A stretch of DNA of 64,000 nt from Methanotrichaceae archaeon (GTDB taxonomy: Archaea; Halobacteriota; Methanosarcinia; Methanotrichales; Methanotrichaceae): NCBI GenBank assembly GCA_963748825.1, contig CAVVKN010000023.1:32001-96000 (forward strand), given 5' to 3'. Positions 20,227-30,943 of the stretch are shown here, piece by piece; within the stretch, counting starts at the first letter, position 1, and each line of letters starts with the position of its first letter. The notes beneath the pieces are model-generated. The model saw only the letters and a program-made list of their open reading frames with translations. It made no database searches and was not told where the DNA came from. A program made the translations under genes and the position numbers.

Positions 20227-22080
20227 ATGAGTTCGATATTTGGAGAGTTTTTGACCTTCCCCCAGGAGAAGGGGCCTGAGGTGCAGCTTCGGGTCTACGG
20301 CGATGAGTTCTATTCCCGGTATGAGAATACGGACGGCTTTACCGTGGTCTACGACCAGGACCATGGGCTGTACTGCTATGCATTACTGATCTCAGGCGAG
20401 TTCGTCTCCAGCGGGGTGGACGCTTCTCAAAGCCCACCGAACAAGGTTCGCCGCCACTTCAAAGAATCAGAAGAGGTGAGAAACCGCAAGTTTGAGGCGA
20501 GATATGCCAAGATGAATCCACCAGCATCCGCCTTCAAGCCCAGCCTTAATTTCAGGACATTCGGATCGGAGAAGGGACTTTTAGAAGGAAGACGGGTGAG
20601 CGAGGGCGAGATCAGGGGCCTGACGGTGCTGGTTTCGTTCAATGACGTGAAGAGCACCGTCACAAGGGAGGATGTAGACGCCCTGCTCAATGGCCGGGAC
20701 TACCATGAGAACGGCAACTTCTGCTCCGCTCGGGAGTATTTCCGTCTCATGTCCAGCGGCAAGCTGGACTACACCAACGAGATAGTGGGGCCCATAACCT
20801 TAAGCCGCAATCGTCAATATTATACGGAAAACCTGCTCGTCAAGGAGGCCCTCGACATGGCTGTTAAAGGCGGCCTCGAGCTGGAGAAGTTCGACTCGCG
20901 AGGAGCGGGAATTGTCGATGCTATGAGCTTTCTTTACGCCGGCCAGACCCAATATATCGGGGAGCTGTGGCCACATAACTACTTCATCGACCTTCAGTAC
21001 AAAAACATGAAGACCTATTTTTATATGCTCTCCAGCATGGGCAGAAGCAAGGAGGACCTCTCCATTGGAACCTTCTGCCACGAGAGCGGCCACATGCTCT
21101 GCCGCTGGCCGGACCTCTACGATTACGGCAATCGAGACGGTGACTTCGAGAAGAGCGCGGGCCTGGGCTACTTCTGCCTCATGAGCGCCGGAAATCATAA
21201 CGATGAGGGAAGAACTCCTGCGCCAGTATGTGTATTCTTGCGAAACCTGGTGGGATGGTGCGACAGGAAGGTCTGCCTTAACCAGCCCGGCCAGTACCAG
21301 GCGGATCATGGGGATTACGGCACAGCCATGATTTATGAGAGCGGCAAGATAAACGAGTATTTCCTGGTGGAGAACCGCTCCGGGATAGATCTTGATGCCT
21401 CCATTCCCGCCAGTGGCCTGGCCGTCTATCACTGCGACACTTTAGGCTCAAATGAATGGCAGGGCGGATCTGCTTCCAAGCATTACCAGTGTGGGCTCTT
21501 GCAGGCGGACGGCAGCTTAGATCTGGAGACTAACCGCAGCATGGGCGAAGAAAAGGATCTCTTCGGCCGGATGGTGGGAATTGCCCTCAGCCACGACACA
21601 AGGCCTGCCTCGGTTTTATGGGACGGCTCAGACTCGGGCCTGATGATGTCAAATATCGGAGAGCCTGGCCGTGTCATAACATTTGTGATAGGACAAGAAA
21701 AGACCGATCATGTGGCCAAAGGATCAACACTATCCGATGAGATAATCCAGGACAACAGTCCTCCGGGCCCTGCAAATGCTATTTTCCTCGACCAGGAGGG
21801 CAAGGTGAAGAGTCTGGGGGTGGAAGTGGACATAAGCCACAACAACATCTCCAATCTGAGGGTAGAGCTGATCTCTCCGAGTGGCAAAAGAGCAGTTTTG
21901 CACGATCGCACCGGCATCGGCGAGAAGAATCTACTGAAGAGTTATGATTCCAAATCGAATGCATCTTTAGCCGCTCTTCTCGGTCAATCCATGAAGGGCA
22001 AATGGACCCTCAAGATCAGGGATTTAGCAAGCATAGACACAGGCAAGCTGAACAAATGGAGCCTGGAGGCAACTTACTGA
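20227..22080 (+). CDS. M6 (immune inhibitor A-like) zinc metalloprotease with C-terminal proprotein-convertase P domain
   Basis: HESGH zinc motif, PDLYD, CLMSAG Met-turn, EYFLVENR, and P-domain VDISH..L.VELISPSG..GKWTLKIRD..DTGKLNKWSL. Confidence 0.88.
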   Translation: MSSIFGEFLTFPQEKGPEVQLRVYGDEFYSRYENTDGFTVVYDQDHGLYCYALLISGEFVSSGVDASQSPPNKVRRHFKESEEVRNRKFEARYAKMNPPASAFKPSLNFRTFGSEKGLLEGRRVSEGEIRGLTVLVSFNDVKSTVTREDVDALLNGRDYHENGNFCSAREYFRLMSSGKLDYTNEIVGPITLSRNRQYYTENLLVKEALDMAVKGGLELEKFDSRGAGIVDAMSFLYAGQTQYIGELWPHNYFIDLQYKNMKTYFYMLSSMGRSKEDLSIGTFCHESGHMLCRWPDLYDYGNRDGDFEKSAGLGYFCLMSAGNHNDEGRTPAPVCVFLRNLVGWCDRKVCLNQPGQYQADHGDYGTAMIYESGKINEYFLVENRSGIDLDASIPASGLAVYHCDTLGSNEWQGGSASKHYQCGLLQADGSLDLETNRSMGEEKDLFGRMVGIALSHDTRPASVLWDGSDSGLMMSNIGEPGRVITFVIGQEKTDHVAKGSTLSDEIIQDNSPPGPANAIFLDQEGKVKSLGVEVDISHNNISNLRVELISPSGKRAVLHDRTGIGEKNLLKSYDSKSNASLAALLGQSMKGKWTLKIRDLASIDTGKLNKWSLEATY

Positions 22081-22352
22081 AAGAGCCCGGCGTCATTTTT
22101 TTATTGGACACAAGTTGAATATAATTTATTTTATATATTTTTTGCAGCGATCTTCTACGCCCTGGCCGGAATATAATGGCGTATTTAACAGGGTCACCCG
22201 GATGATGCAGGCTTATTTATTCCCAAGGCTGGCTGGAAGAATTTGGCTCTTGCGGGCAGTCATCCAGGTTTCCATGATCTTCAGATGAGGCTCAGGAGAG
22301 ACCTAAAGCTAAATATTACAATGCACGAGTAATAGCTAGTGAGGTGTAATAA

Positions 22353-23483
22353 TTGAGATTTAATTGCTTATGTTTATGTATTCTGGCCCTGATTTTGGGT
22401 GCAGGAGCTGCAGGAGCGCAGGGCTTTTCCCTGCTACAGTCCGTTGATATGACCGGGGGGGCCTTTAACGAAGAATTCGTGAACAGCCTTTTCGGCATTG
22501 GTGGCATGGGCACTGAATCGAGCGGCCCATGGTTTGGCCCGGAGTTCGAGAACACCAGCAGCGCCTATTCCTTCTTCTCCGAGTTCTACATCAATACCAG
22601 CGTGCCCGTGATCAGCGGATTTACACCCGTGAAAATTGATGTCACGCATAAGATGCCTTCCAGAATCTACTTCGGCAGCGGCCAAGAGGTCACCTATAAC
22701 CAGTACCAGTCGGCCATAGCCACAACAAGAGGCAATGAGCTGTGGATTCAGAAGGGTCTTGATTGGTCAGCGTATGCCATAGTCCCTGCAGGAACTGGCA
22801 TGCAGTTCATCGCCTTTGCCCCAGCGGGCGGACAGGCCGATTACTATGAGCTTGATCAGACGGATGCTCTGAAAATAACCAGCAAGCGCGTTAATTTCTA
22901 CTCTGGCTATAACAGCATGAACTTCATGGCAGACAAAGTGGGCAGGCACATTCTGCTCTTCGTGCTCAACAATCAGCCCAGCAACGCTATCATTGTTGAC
23001 GTGATCAGCCAGGCACCACCGGCTCAGCAGGCCCCAGCCGCGAGCTTGATGCCGCCCTCCACTAATATGCCACCATCCACCAATATGCCGCCTGCCTACA
23101 ATCAGCCAAATACTGCAGTGAGCGGCTACAGTCAGACCACTACGAGCGGCCTCGGCCAGACCACCACCAGCGCGTCGACCTCTTACCAGACATATGGCAC
23201 ATCTTATCCGCCACAGACAGTAGCCGTGACGGGGGACACTCCAGTTACAATTCAGTCTCAGGGAATGAGGGGCTATCAGGTCTATCTGGATGAGGTTTTA
23301 ATCGGCACAGAAGGGACCGGCGGCGACCCTCTTGATGGAAAATTCAGCTTCAATGTGGTAGGCAACCAAAACCACAACGTAAGGGTATACGATGGTCAAT
23401 TCAATTATCCAAAGAGCATGTATTTCCAAAGAGGTGTTTTGAAGATAATTAATGTGGAGCCAGGAACGGCAGTCTACATTTAA
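22353..23483 (+). CDS. Secreted protein with Pro/Ser/Thr-rich linker and C-terminal PEGA-like beta domain
   Basis: Signal peptide, low-complexity MPPSTN repeats, GAGGTG RBS. Confidence 0.75.
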   Translation: MRFNCLCLCILALILGAGAAGAQGFSLLQSVDMTGGAFNEEFVNSLFGIGGMGTESSGPWFGPEFENTSSAYSFFSEFYINTSVPVISGFTPVKIDVTHKMPSRIYFGSGQEVTYNQYQSAIATTRGNELWIQKGLDWSAYAIVPAGTGMQFIAFAPAGGQADYYELDQTDALKITSKRVNFYSGYNSMNFMADKVGRHILLFVLNNQPSNAIIVDVISQAPPAQQAPAASLMPPSTNMPPSTNMPPAYNQPNTAVSGYSQTTTSGLGQTTTSASTSYQTYGTSYPPQTVAVTGDTPVTIQSQGMRGYQVYLDEVLIGTEGTGGDPLDGKFSFNVVGNQNHNVRVYDGQFNYPKSMYFQRGVLKIINVEPGTAVYI

Positions 23484-23662
23484 TTTAATCTTTCAACATT
23501 TTTTTGTTTTAGAAATCTTACGATGCCTGTAGCTTATTTCAATAAGTATTGTTGCTCATGTTGCTCATTTAATTTCGTTAGCTCGGGCACTTCTTCTACT
23601 TTCACGATTTATCAGAAAGAGATAAATCCCCCCGGATGGTATAATGGAAGGGGTCGATCATT

Positions 23663-23980
23663 TTGAGAAAAGATGAATTCTTGCAGCAGTTCGAAGGCAT
23701 CATGCTCCCTGAGACATTTGATCAGGATCTTCTGGATCACGCCGCAGAGATGTTCGGCAAATGGGGCAAGAGCGCTCACATGAATGAGAAGGAGCATCTC
23801 TTCGAGGCCTTCGGGCTGGCCTCTAAACCTGAAGATGGCACCGAGATTAAAATGCAGAAAATTGCTCTGCGCTTTGTCTGCACCAGAATGATGGAAGCCA
23901 ACTTCAACCGAACGGATGCCGCAAATCTCATCCGCAATTTTAACAAGATCAAAAATCCGGGCTACGAGTGGCTGGAGTAG
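23663..23980 (+). CDS. Hypothetical protein, 105 aa
   Basis: Plausible codon usage, fills the gap between genes. Confidence 0.7.
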   Translation: MRKDEFLQQFEGIMLPETFDQDLLDHAAEMFGKWGKSAHMNEKEHLFEAFGLASKPEDGTEIKMQKIALRFVCTRMMEANFNRTDAANLIRNFNKIKNPGYEWLE

Positions 23981-24070
23981 GGCTAAGCGAAGGGGAGGTG
24001 CAAGCTTTTTTTGAGCCAGTCCTTACGTCTCCCCTCTGCATACGATTGATGATCTCTTTCAGGCAACGGC

Positions 24071-24481
24071 TCAATAGTACAGTCTCAGGTAGATGTGAAA
24101 TCCAAGAATAAGGGAAGCCACCCAAAAGCCAGCCGCCGCCCGCATGGCCATCTTGAGAGCAAGCCGGGCCTTTAAATGCCGGAGATAAACCAGGTTGATG
24201 TAAATCCATAGCAGTACCACTGCCAGGCCCAGGCCGTGATGTACCAAGACCTCGGCCCGAAAGAGACCATTAGGCAGGCCCGGCTCCAGGATTTGTCCCA
24301 TGGCTGGAGACATCAGCGCTAAGATGGCCAGAATCTGGGCCAGCACGGCCAGCCTGAGGACGAGGCAGTGCCTCTGGAAATTCTTTTTTTTGGCCAGGAA
24401 GACGGCAAAGCCAAGGGCTGCGGCTAGGATTAATTGCAGGATGAGGTTTGATGCAACCAATGTCTGATAATCCAGGAGCAT
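24071..24481 (-). CDS. Four-helix membrane protein (DUF420-like)
   Basis: Four hydrophobic segments with intramembrane His residues. Confidence 0.7.
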   Translation of the reverse strand: MLLDYQTLVASNLILQLILAAALGFAVFLAKKKNFQRHCLVLRLAVLAQILAILALMSPAMGQILEPGLPNGLFRAEVLVHHGLGLAVVLLWIYINLVYLRHLKARLALKMAMRAAAGFWVASLILGFHIYLRLYY

Positions 24482-24488
24482 AGGTCCT

Positions 24489-25061
24489 CTACTCCTCGAT
24501 CTTCTTCATCAGCCAGGCCATGTTCTGCCCCAGAGTTTTCATGATCTGTATTCCCTCTGCATCCTTTTCCACATCCTTTTCGTGCAGACCCATGCCGATA
24601 TTCCAGTAACTGGAGCCGGCAATTATCATCTGGTTGATGAGGAAGAAGTGGTTTATGGAGTCGAAGACGTGAATGGCTCCCGCCCGGCGCACGGCCACCA
24701 CCGCTGCACCCACCTTGCGCTTGAACATATCCCCGTTGGCCTTTCCCACAAAACCGGCCCTGTCGATGAGGGCCTTCAGCTCAGGCGTGAGATCGGCAAA
24801 GTAGGTAGGCGAGCCCAGAATAATCCCGTCCGCCCCACTCATCTTCTCGATGCATTCGTTTAAGATATCCTTATCCAGGGCGCACTTGCCGTCCTTTTTC
24901 TCATGGCACTTGTTGCAGGCGATGCAGCCGGAAAGGGGCCCTTTCAGATGCACCAGTTCCGTCTCTATGCCCTGGCCTTCCAGCTCCTTGAGAACAACGC
25001 CCAACAGGGTTGCGGTATTGCCATCCTTGCGAGGACTGCCGTTAAATGCAACAACTTTCAT
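24489..25061 (-). CDS. Iron-sulfur flavoprotein (Isf, flavodoxin-like)
   Basis: NGSPRKDGNT, CIACNKC..C, GSPTYF motifs. Confidence 0.9.
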   Translation of the reverse strand: MKVVAFNGSPRKDGNTATLLGVVLKELEGQGIETELVHLKGPLSGCIACNKCHEKKDGKCALDKDILNECIEKMSGADGIILGSPTYFADLTPELKALIDRAGFVGKANGDMFKRKVGAAVVAVRRAGAIHVFDSINHFFLINQMIIAGSSYWNIGMGLHEKDVEKDAEGIQIMKTLGQNMAWLMKKIEE

Positions 25062-25117
25062 GCTTATTTCCTCTTATTTCTTTTACATAAATTATTTTCA
25101 AGTCAATGTTGCCGTTT

Positions 25118-26224
25118 TCAGATCTCGACCAGACGGTACTCTTTATTTCCGAGACCGATCTTATCCCCGTAATCCACCTGGATATTTCCCAGCGTGCTCT
25201 CCCAGATGCCCAGGAACTTGTCTGCTCCCGGCTCATGATTCTTTTGCAAAAGCGTGTGGGCAAGGCCCATCTGCCGGTTCACCAGATCGTAGCTGGCCTG
25301 ATCTATGGCCACCGGATCGCGCGAGGCCAGTATGCCGATGTCCGGAACGATAGGAGCATCGCTCCAGGGCACACAGTCACAGTCCGGCGTGATATTGAGC
25401 AAGAAGTTGAAGAAACCCACCCGACCCTCCTTTCCCGTTATCGCGCCCAGAGCGTACTCCGTCATCCTCTCCATGAAGGGCGGCACCTCTACAAACCAGT
25501 CGAAGTCCAGAGCGTGAGTCGGACAGACGCGCAGGCACTTGCCGCAGCCAGTACATAGATTGTGGTCGACGGCCGAGATCCTCTTTTCCACGGTTATGGC
25601 CCGGTTAGGGCAATTGTCCATGCAGGCCCGGCAGCCGCTGCATAGCTCAACATTGAAGATGGGCCTCGACGAATGCTGCTCTGCCTTGCCAAGCGCCGGA
25701 GCACAGCCCATGCCCAGATTCTTTATAGCGCCCCCAAAGCCGGCCGGAAGGTGGGCCTTGAAGTGGGATACTACTATCATGCTATTGGCAGAGGCGATCT
25801 CTCCGGCTATCATGACGCGACGAAAATGCTTCCGGTCGATTTGGACCTCCCGGAAATTTTCGCCCTGCAGGCCATCGGCAATGATAGCCGGTGCTCCGGC
25901 CACGGCCGGGGCGAAGCCGTGCTCGGCTGCCGTTTGCAGATGATCGACGGCATTGGCCCGGCTACCTCCATAAAGAGTATTGGTATCGGTAAGAAATGGC
26001 TTTGCCCCGAGAGCCCGGATCTTTTCTGCGATGGGCCGGACCAAGACCGGATTTACATAGGAGTCGTTTCCCCTCTCTCCGAAGTGAATCTTAATGGCTG
26101 TGAGGTCGCCTTTTCGCACCACTTCGTCTAAGCCGGCTGCATCAAAGAGCCCCAGGATCTTGTTTTGCTTATTGTCCGCAAAGCTTCTCGTCCTGACGCC
26201 GGCAAAATAAACAGTGCTTTTCAA
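25118..26224 (-). CDS. DUF362 domain protein with 2x[4Fe-4S] ferredoxin domain
   Basis: KIHFGE, SHFKAH, GGAIKNLGMG, two CxxCxxCxxxCP motifs, PDCDC. TTG at 26224 follows a GGAGGT RBS. Confidence 0.88.
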   Translation of the reverse strand: MKSTVYFAGVRTRSFADNKQNKILGLFDAAGLDEVVRKGDLTAIKIHFGERGNDSYVNPVLVRPIAEKIRALGAKPFLTDTNTLYGGSRANAVDHLQTAAEHGFAPAVAGAPAIIADGLQGENFREVQIDRKHFRRVMIAGEIASANSMIVVSHFKAHLPAGFGGAIKNLGMGCAPALGKAEQHSSRPIFNVELCSGCRACMDNCPNRAITVEKRISAVDHNLCTGCGKCLRVCPTHALDFDWFVEVPPFMERMTEYALGAITGKEGRVGFFNFLLNITPDCDCVPWSDAPIVPDIGILASRDPVAIDQASYDLVNRQMGLAHTLLQKNHEPGADKFLGIWESTLGNIQVDYGDKIGLGNKEYRLVEI

Positions 26225-26492
26225 TTCTTGCCCACCTCCAAATAGTCTGATGTGGTATTCTCCTCTGCAAATTAAAGAATTTGATGCTTGCAAGGGAGAG
26301 AACGGGTGAGCTGCCGGAAGTATTGGCACAAGCTTCACCGATCTGTTTTGCTAATCCTGTGTCTGACAGCTGAGGACAGCGGAAGTTATTCGCGATTCTG
26401 CACCCCGATTTTTCCCGGCTAAACGCGCCTGGCGAAAAGATATATGCCAATAATGGCTTTAGAAGCTTAGAATCTTTTGGAGAGGATCGCAA

Positions 26493-27527
26493 TTGACCGG
26501 TAAAAACTATGAGGCATGGGATGTATTGGAGTCCGACTACCCAGCTGACGGCCCTATGGAAGAAAGGCTCAAGTTCCTTTTGCGCTATGCAATTTTGGCC
26601 CCCTCCGGCCCCAACACCCAGCCCTGGAAGTTCGCCATTTATGACAGCGGCGTTTCCGTCTTCGCCGATTTAAGCCGGGCCTTGCATTTTGTCGATCCCA
26701 GCAACCGCACCCTCTACATGAGCGTAGGCTGCGCCATCGCCAATCTGGCGGTCGCCGGAGCGCATTTCGGCTTTGCTCCAAGCGTGAGCTATTTTCCCCG
26801 CGGGCAAGAGAGCGATCTGGTGGCCGAGGTGCAGTTTTCGCCCGCTGGCCGAAGGCCAGCTGATGGGCAAGAGGATCTCTTTCCCCAGATACAAAGAAGG
26901 CACACCACCAAAGACCGATATGAAAACGCGACAATCGAAGCTTCTATTTTAAAGGAGATTGAAAAGAGCATAAATCTCCCGGGCTTTTATCTAAGCTACA
27001 TGCCCGATGAGGATTCCAAGGCTAAGATGGCAGATCTGGTCTCCCGCAGCCATCAGATTCAACTGGCCAAAAAGGAGTTTCGCCACAATCTTGGGGAGTG
27101 GCTGCGCAATAACTGGACGGCTGAGCCGGACGGCATGCCCCTCTATACCTTCGGAGTGCCGGATGCCATATCTTTGGGATTTCCCGCCGCCTTCAAGGAG
27201 TTCGACCTCTCCCGGCCGGTCATCTACCGGGACTCGGGCCTCATCCATGGCTGCTTCACCCTTGCCGCCCTTACCACCGACCAGGATGATAAGCTGACCT
27301 GGGCTATGTGCGGCTTCGCCCTGGAAAATCTGCTGCTCAAGGCCACCAGTTACGATATCCGAGCATCCTTCTTCAGCCAGCCCATTGGTCTGCCTGATCT
27401 CCGAGAGGAGCTGAAGGCCCTGATCAACCGCGGCCACCCCCAGCTTCTCTTCAGCCTGGGAATGGCAAAACCCATGCGCCCCAGCCCCCGGCGGCCTCTT
27501 GAGGATGTAATTATCAAGCCGTCTTAG
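26493..27527 (+). CDS. Acg-family nitroreductase-like FMN protein
   Basis: AILAPSGPNTQPW, DP..R....SVG, IQRRHT, SPRRP. Confidence 0.85.
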   Translation: MTGKNYEAWDVLESDYPADGPMEERLKFLLRYAILAPSGPNTQPWKFAIYDSGVSVFADLSRALHFVDPSNRTLYMSVGCAIANLAVAGAHFGFAPSVSYFPRGQESDLVAEVQFSPAGRRPADGQEDLFPQIQRRHTTKDRYENATIEASILKEIEKSINLPGFYLSYMPDEDSKAKMADLVSRSHQIQLAKKEFRHNLGEWLRNNWTAEPDGMPLYTFGVPDAISLGFPAAFKEFDLSRPVIYRDSGLIHGCFTLAALTTDQDDKLTWAMCGFALENLLLKATSYDIRASFFSQPIGLPDLREELKALINRGHPQLLFSLGMAKPMRPSPRRPLEDVIIKPS

Positions 27528-30500
27528 ACGGTATTATCCGCACAGAGAGGGAGGTTTTGCAGGGCCGACCTCAGCTCAGAAAGCTGCACCGGCTTGGTGA
27601 TGTAACCGTCCATGCCGGCAAGCAAGCATCTCTCTCTGTCCCCCTCCAGCGCATAAGCGGTCATAGCCAGAATCTTCGGCCTCTTTTTTAATTTTAAGTC
27701 CAAAATGGCACGGGTAGCCTCCAGGCCGTCCATCTCAGGCATCTGCACGTCCATGAGGATCACATCATATGACTTTTTTAAAAGAGCCTGCAAGACCTCC
27801 CGGCCATTGGAGACCACATCGGCTCGGTAGCCCAGCTTCTTTAGCATGAGAAGCGCAACCTTCTGGTTGACAAGGTTATCTTCCGCCAGCAATATATCCA
27901 GATTCGAATGTTCGGTCGCGCTGCTGCGAGGCCGCATCTTCTTATTATTTTGTGGAATTAAAGCCTCCTGCAGGGCAAAGAGAATGCCGCTTTGCGTAAT
28001 GGGCTTGATTAGAGTTTTTTTGCCTGCCCTTTGCCGACCGGTCGAGGCGAGGGTGATGATAGGAAGGCGATCCCCGATCTCCTCTGTAAGCTCATCGGCT
28101 CCCGGAACCTCCAGATCCAAAATTGCAGCATCAAAACGGCTCTCTGCCAGCTCTCGTGCCTCAAAGGCCGAGACAACTGGATAGATCTGCATCCCCCAGG
28201 AGCGGCCGGCTTCTACCAACTCCTTCAAGATGTCCTCGCGGCTGAGCAGAGCCATTACCTTCTTGCCGGCCAGATGCAGCTTGGCAGCCTCTCCAGAAAA
28301 TGGATGGGCAGAAATCAGGAAGTGGAAGGTTGAGCCCTCGCGTAGCTTGCTTTGCACCCAGATCTTGCCGCCCATCAACTCTACCAGCCTCTTGCTTATG
28401 GCCAGTCCCAGGCCCGTACCGCCATATTTTCTAGAGGTAGAAGCATCGACCTGGCTAAAGGAGAGGAAGAGCTTTTTCATGTCCTCTGAGCAGATGCCGA
28501 TTCCCGTATCGGAAATCGAAAAGTGAATTTCGTCTGCATTTTCTCCCGGCTGAACATGAATTGTTATGCTGCCTTTTTCAGTAAATTTTACCGCATTGCT
28601 AAGCAGGTTGACCAGGACCTGGCGCAGACGAACCGAGTCCCCTAGAATGGTTGGGGCAACTTTCCCGTCAATAGCATAGGTCAGATTCAGTCCTTTCTCC
28701 GCAGCCTTTGCCGCCACCATATCCAGGGAGGACTCGATGCTGTCAAGCAAAGCAAAGGGCAAATGCTCCAGCTTCATCTTGCCTTCATCGATCTTGGAGA
28801 AATCCAGTATATCGTTGATAATGGCAAGTAAAGCGTCACCGCTGCTGTGAATTGTCTCCACGAAATCACGCTGCTCTTCTGCGAGGTTGGTTTCCAGCAA
28901 GAGCCCAGCGAGGCCTATGACCGCATTCATGGGAGTGCGTATCTCGTGGCTCATATTGGCTAGAAACTCGCCCTTCGCCCGTAAAGCCGCATCTGCTGCC
29001 TGCTGCGCAGAACGAAGCTCTATTTCCGTTTTTTTATGTTTGACCATCTCCTCTTGCAGCGCCGCATTTGCCCGAAGTAGCCAGGCCGTTCTCTCCGCCA
29101 CTCTCTTTTCCAGCTCTTCCTGGGTCCTTTTTAGGGCCTCTTCCGCCAGTTTTCTCTCCGTGATGTCATTGACGAATCCCTCCAGGGCGAGCAGCACTCC
29201 GTCCGGCAGGAAGATTCCCTGACCCTGCTCCCAGACCCATTTGATGCCAGAGCGCGATCTCATCCGGTAAATCAGACGGAAAGGCCTTCTCTCTGCAATT
29301 GCCTCCTGGACCTCATTCCAGACGTAATTTTGGTCATCGGGATGAATCAAATCGGCATAAGAGATTGCTTTGTTCTCAAGCAGTTCTTCCGACTGGTATC
29401 CTGTTAGCTTTAAACAGCCGTCGCTTACAAATTCCATGGTCCTTTGCCGATCGTTTTTGCAGCGGTAAGCCATGCCTGGCAGATTGCTCATCAGCGTAGA
29501 GAGGGCCCTCTGGCTCTCCCGGAGAGCCTCCTCCGCACTTCGTCGCTGAATGATCTTCCACATGCCGCTCATGAGCAGTGTGAGCTGGCGCACATCGGAG
29601 TCGTCGTACTCCTCAACCTTGTTGCCAAGGCCCGCCACAATTACTACCTTGCCCTTGTCCATGATGGGCACATTCATGTGGCGGACAACCTTAACGTGGC
29701 CCGCGGGAGTGCCTCTTTTATGCGGGCAGGAGGCATAATCATTGGTTATAACCGCTTCCCTCTGACGAATAGCCTCGCCCCAGAGCCCCGTTTCCTGCAG
29801 ATGATAAACGATCCTTTTATGTTCAATGTCGCACTCCTGCATGGCCTTCTTGGACCAGGAGTGCATAAAGAGCGTCTTTTCTTCTTCGTCAACGAATGCC
29901 AGGTAACCGAGCTTGGAACCGGTCAGCTTGACCCCCGCCTCCAGGGCGAAGTCGGCGATCTCTTTAATGGAGGCCTCGTCCATCTGGTTGAGCCTTTGTA
30001 GTGCCTCCAGCCGGGAATCGTCCAGGAGCAGGGCTTCTTCCGCGTGCTTTCTATCGGTGATGTTGTAAAAGTTGGCCAGCAGGTAGATGGGTTTGCCGCA
30101 GTCGTCTTTGACCAGTGCACATATCATCTCCACCATGAAAGATTGGCCATCCAGCCTCTTTAATGGAAGCTCGCCCTGCCACTGCCCAACGGAATGAAGA
30201 GATGGTATGATCTCTTCTTGCAGCTTGGCTTTTCCCTCTGCATTCGTAAAATCAAATATAGATAGTCCTTTAACCTCGGAGACGTCCCTAAATCCGGAAT
30301 TTTTCAGAAGGCTGGCGTTTGCATACTCAATATTTCCTTCGAGATCCGCAAGCACAATGGCCATGGGAGCTGTCTCTACGACTTTTGTCATCTTCAGGAT
30401 CTCTATTTCAGCTTCCTTCTGAAAGGTAGCATCCCGCACATAGCCTGTCAGGCCCAGGATCTTTCCAGATTCGTCTAGCCAGGGATAATAAATGCAATCA

Positions 30501-30943
30501 AAAGAGCGCTCTCTTCCTTGCAGCGTCAAACGCACTTCGGTTTGCGCTCGGTTTCCGGTCTTCATGACCTGCTCTTTAATCTCCCTCAATCGCCTGGCAT
30601 CTGTTGGAGAAAAAATCTGGCTATCGGTCTTTCCCAGGACCATTGAAGCCTCTGTTCCGAAGGGCTTCTCACAGGAAAACCAGGTATAGCGCAGATCTCG
30701 GTCTTGAAGAAACAGGCAATCCTCAAACGGAGCGGTCATCCTGCCAGGATTCTCTTTTCCGGCCATAGAGGAGCAGTGCTCCGGCAAGCAGGCCAGCAGA
30801 TCGTCCAAGTTCTCCTTAAGGCCATCAAGCAACGCCGGCATTTGCGCTACATTGCAGTCACTCTCCTGCATATCCAATATCTTCTGCAGCATCTGCTTGA
30901 TCTGTGTCTCTGGATCGCTGCTTGCAGCTTTCTCTTCGCCCAA
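27524..30943 (-). CDS. Cytoplasmic hybrid sensor histidine kinase (PAS-PAS-GAF-PAS-HisKA-HATPase-degenerate REC-REC)
   Basis: FLANMSHEIRTPMN, NAVKFT, DTGIG, GGTGLGL, and C-terminal LLAEDN..MDVQMPEMDG..KP. No transmembrane segment seen. Confidence 0.93.
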   Translation of the reverse strand: MGEEKAASSDPETQIKQMLQKILDMQESDCNVAQMPALLDGLKENLDDLLACLPEHCSSMAGKENPGRMTAPFEDCLFLQDRDLRYTWFSCEKPFGTEASMVLGKTDSQIFSPTDARRLREIKEQVMKTGNRAQTEVRLTLQGRERSFDCIYYPWLDESGKILGLTGYVRDATFQKEAEIEILKMTKVVETAPMAIVLADLEGNIEYANASLLKNSGFRDVSEVKGLSIFDFTNAEGKAKLQEEIIPSLHSVGQWQGELPLKRLDGQSFMVEMICALVKDDCGKPIYLLANFYNITDRKHAEEALLLDDSRLEALQRLNQMDEASIKEIADFALEAGVKLTGSKLGYLAFVDEEEKTLFMHSWSKKAMQECDIEHKRIVYHLQETGLWGEAIRQREAVITNDYASCPHKRGTPAGHVKVVRHMNVPIMDKGKVVIVAGLGNKVEEYDDSDVRQLTLLMSGMWKIIQRRSAEEALRESQRALSTLMSNLPGMAYRCKNDRQRTMEFVSDGCLKLTGYQSEELLENKAISYADLIHPDDQNYVWNEVQEAIAERRPFRLIYRMRSRSGIKWVWEQGQGIFLPDGVLLALEGFVNDITERKLAEEALKRTQEELEKRVAERTAWLLRANAALQEEMVKHKKTEIELRSAQQAADAALRAKGEFLANMSHEIRTPMNAVIGLAGLLLETNLAEEQRDFVETIHSSGDALLAIINDILDFSKIDEGKMKLEHLPFALLDSIESSLDMVAAKAAEKGLNLTYAIDGKVAPTILGDSVRLRQVLVNLLSNAVKFTEKGSITIHVQPGENADEIHFSISDTGIGICSEDMKKLFLSFSQVDASTSRKYGGTGLGLAISKRLVELMGGKIWVQSKLREGSTFHFLISAHPFSGEAAKLHLAGKKVMALLSREDILKELVEAGRSWGMQIYPVVSAFEARELAESRFDAAILDLEVPGADELTEEIGDRLPIITLASTGRQRAGKKTLIKPITQSGILFALQEALIPQNNKKMRPRSSATEHSNLDILLAEDNLVNQKVALLMLKKLGYRADVVSNGREVLQALLKKSYDVILMDVQMPEMDGLEATRAILDLKLKKRPKILAMTAYALEGDRERCLLAGMDGYITKPVQLSELRSALQNLPLCADNTV

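Noticed and set aside
23048-23095. 18-bp tandem repeats
   Set aside because: They encode the MPPSTN linker within a CDS and are not a CRISPR array or mobile element.
23550-23568. TGTTGCTCAT direct repeat
   Set aside because: Only two copies in an AT-rich terminator region, which is compatible with chance.
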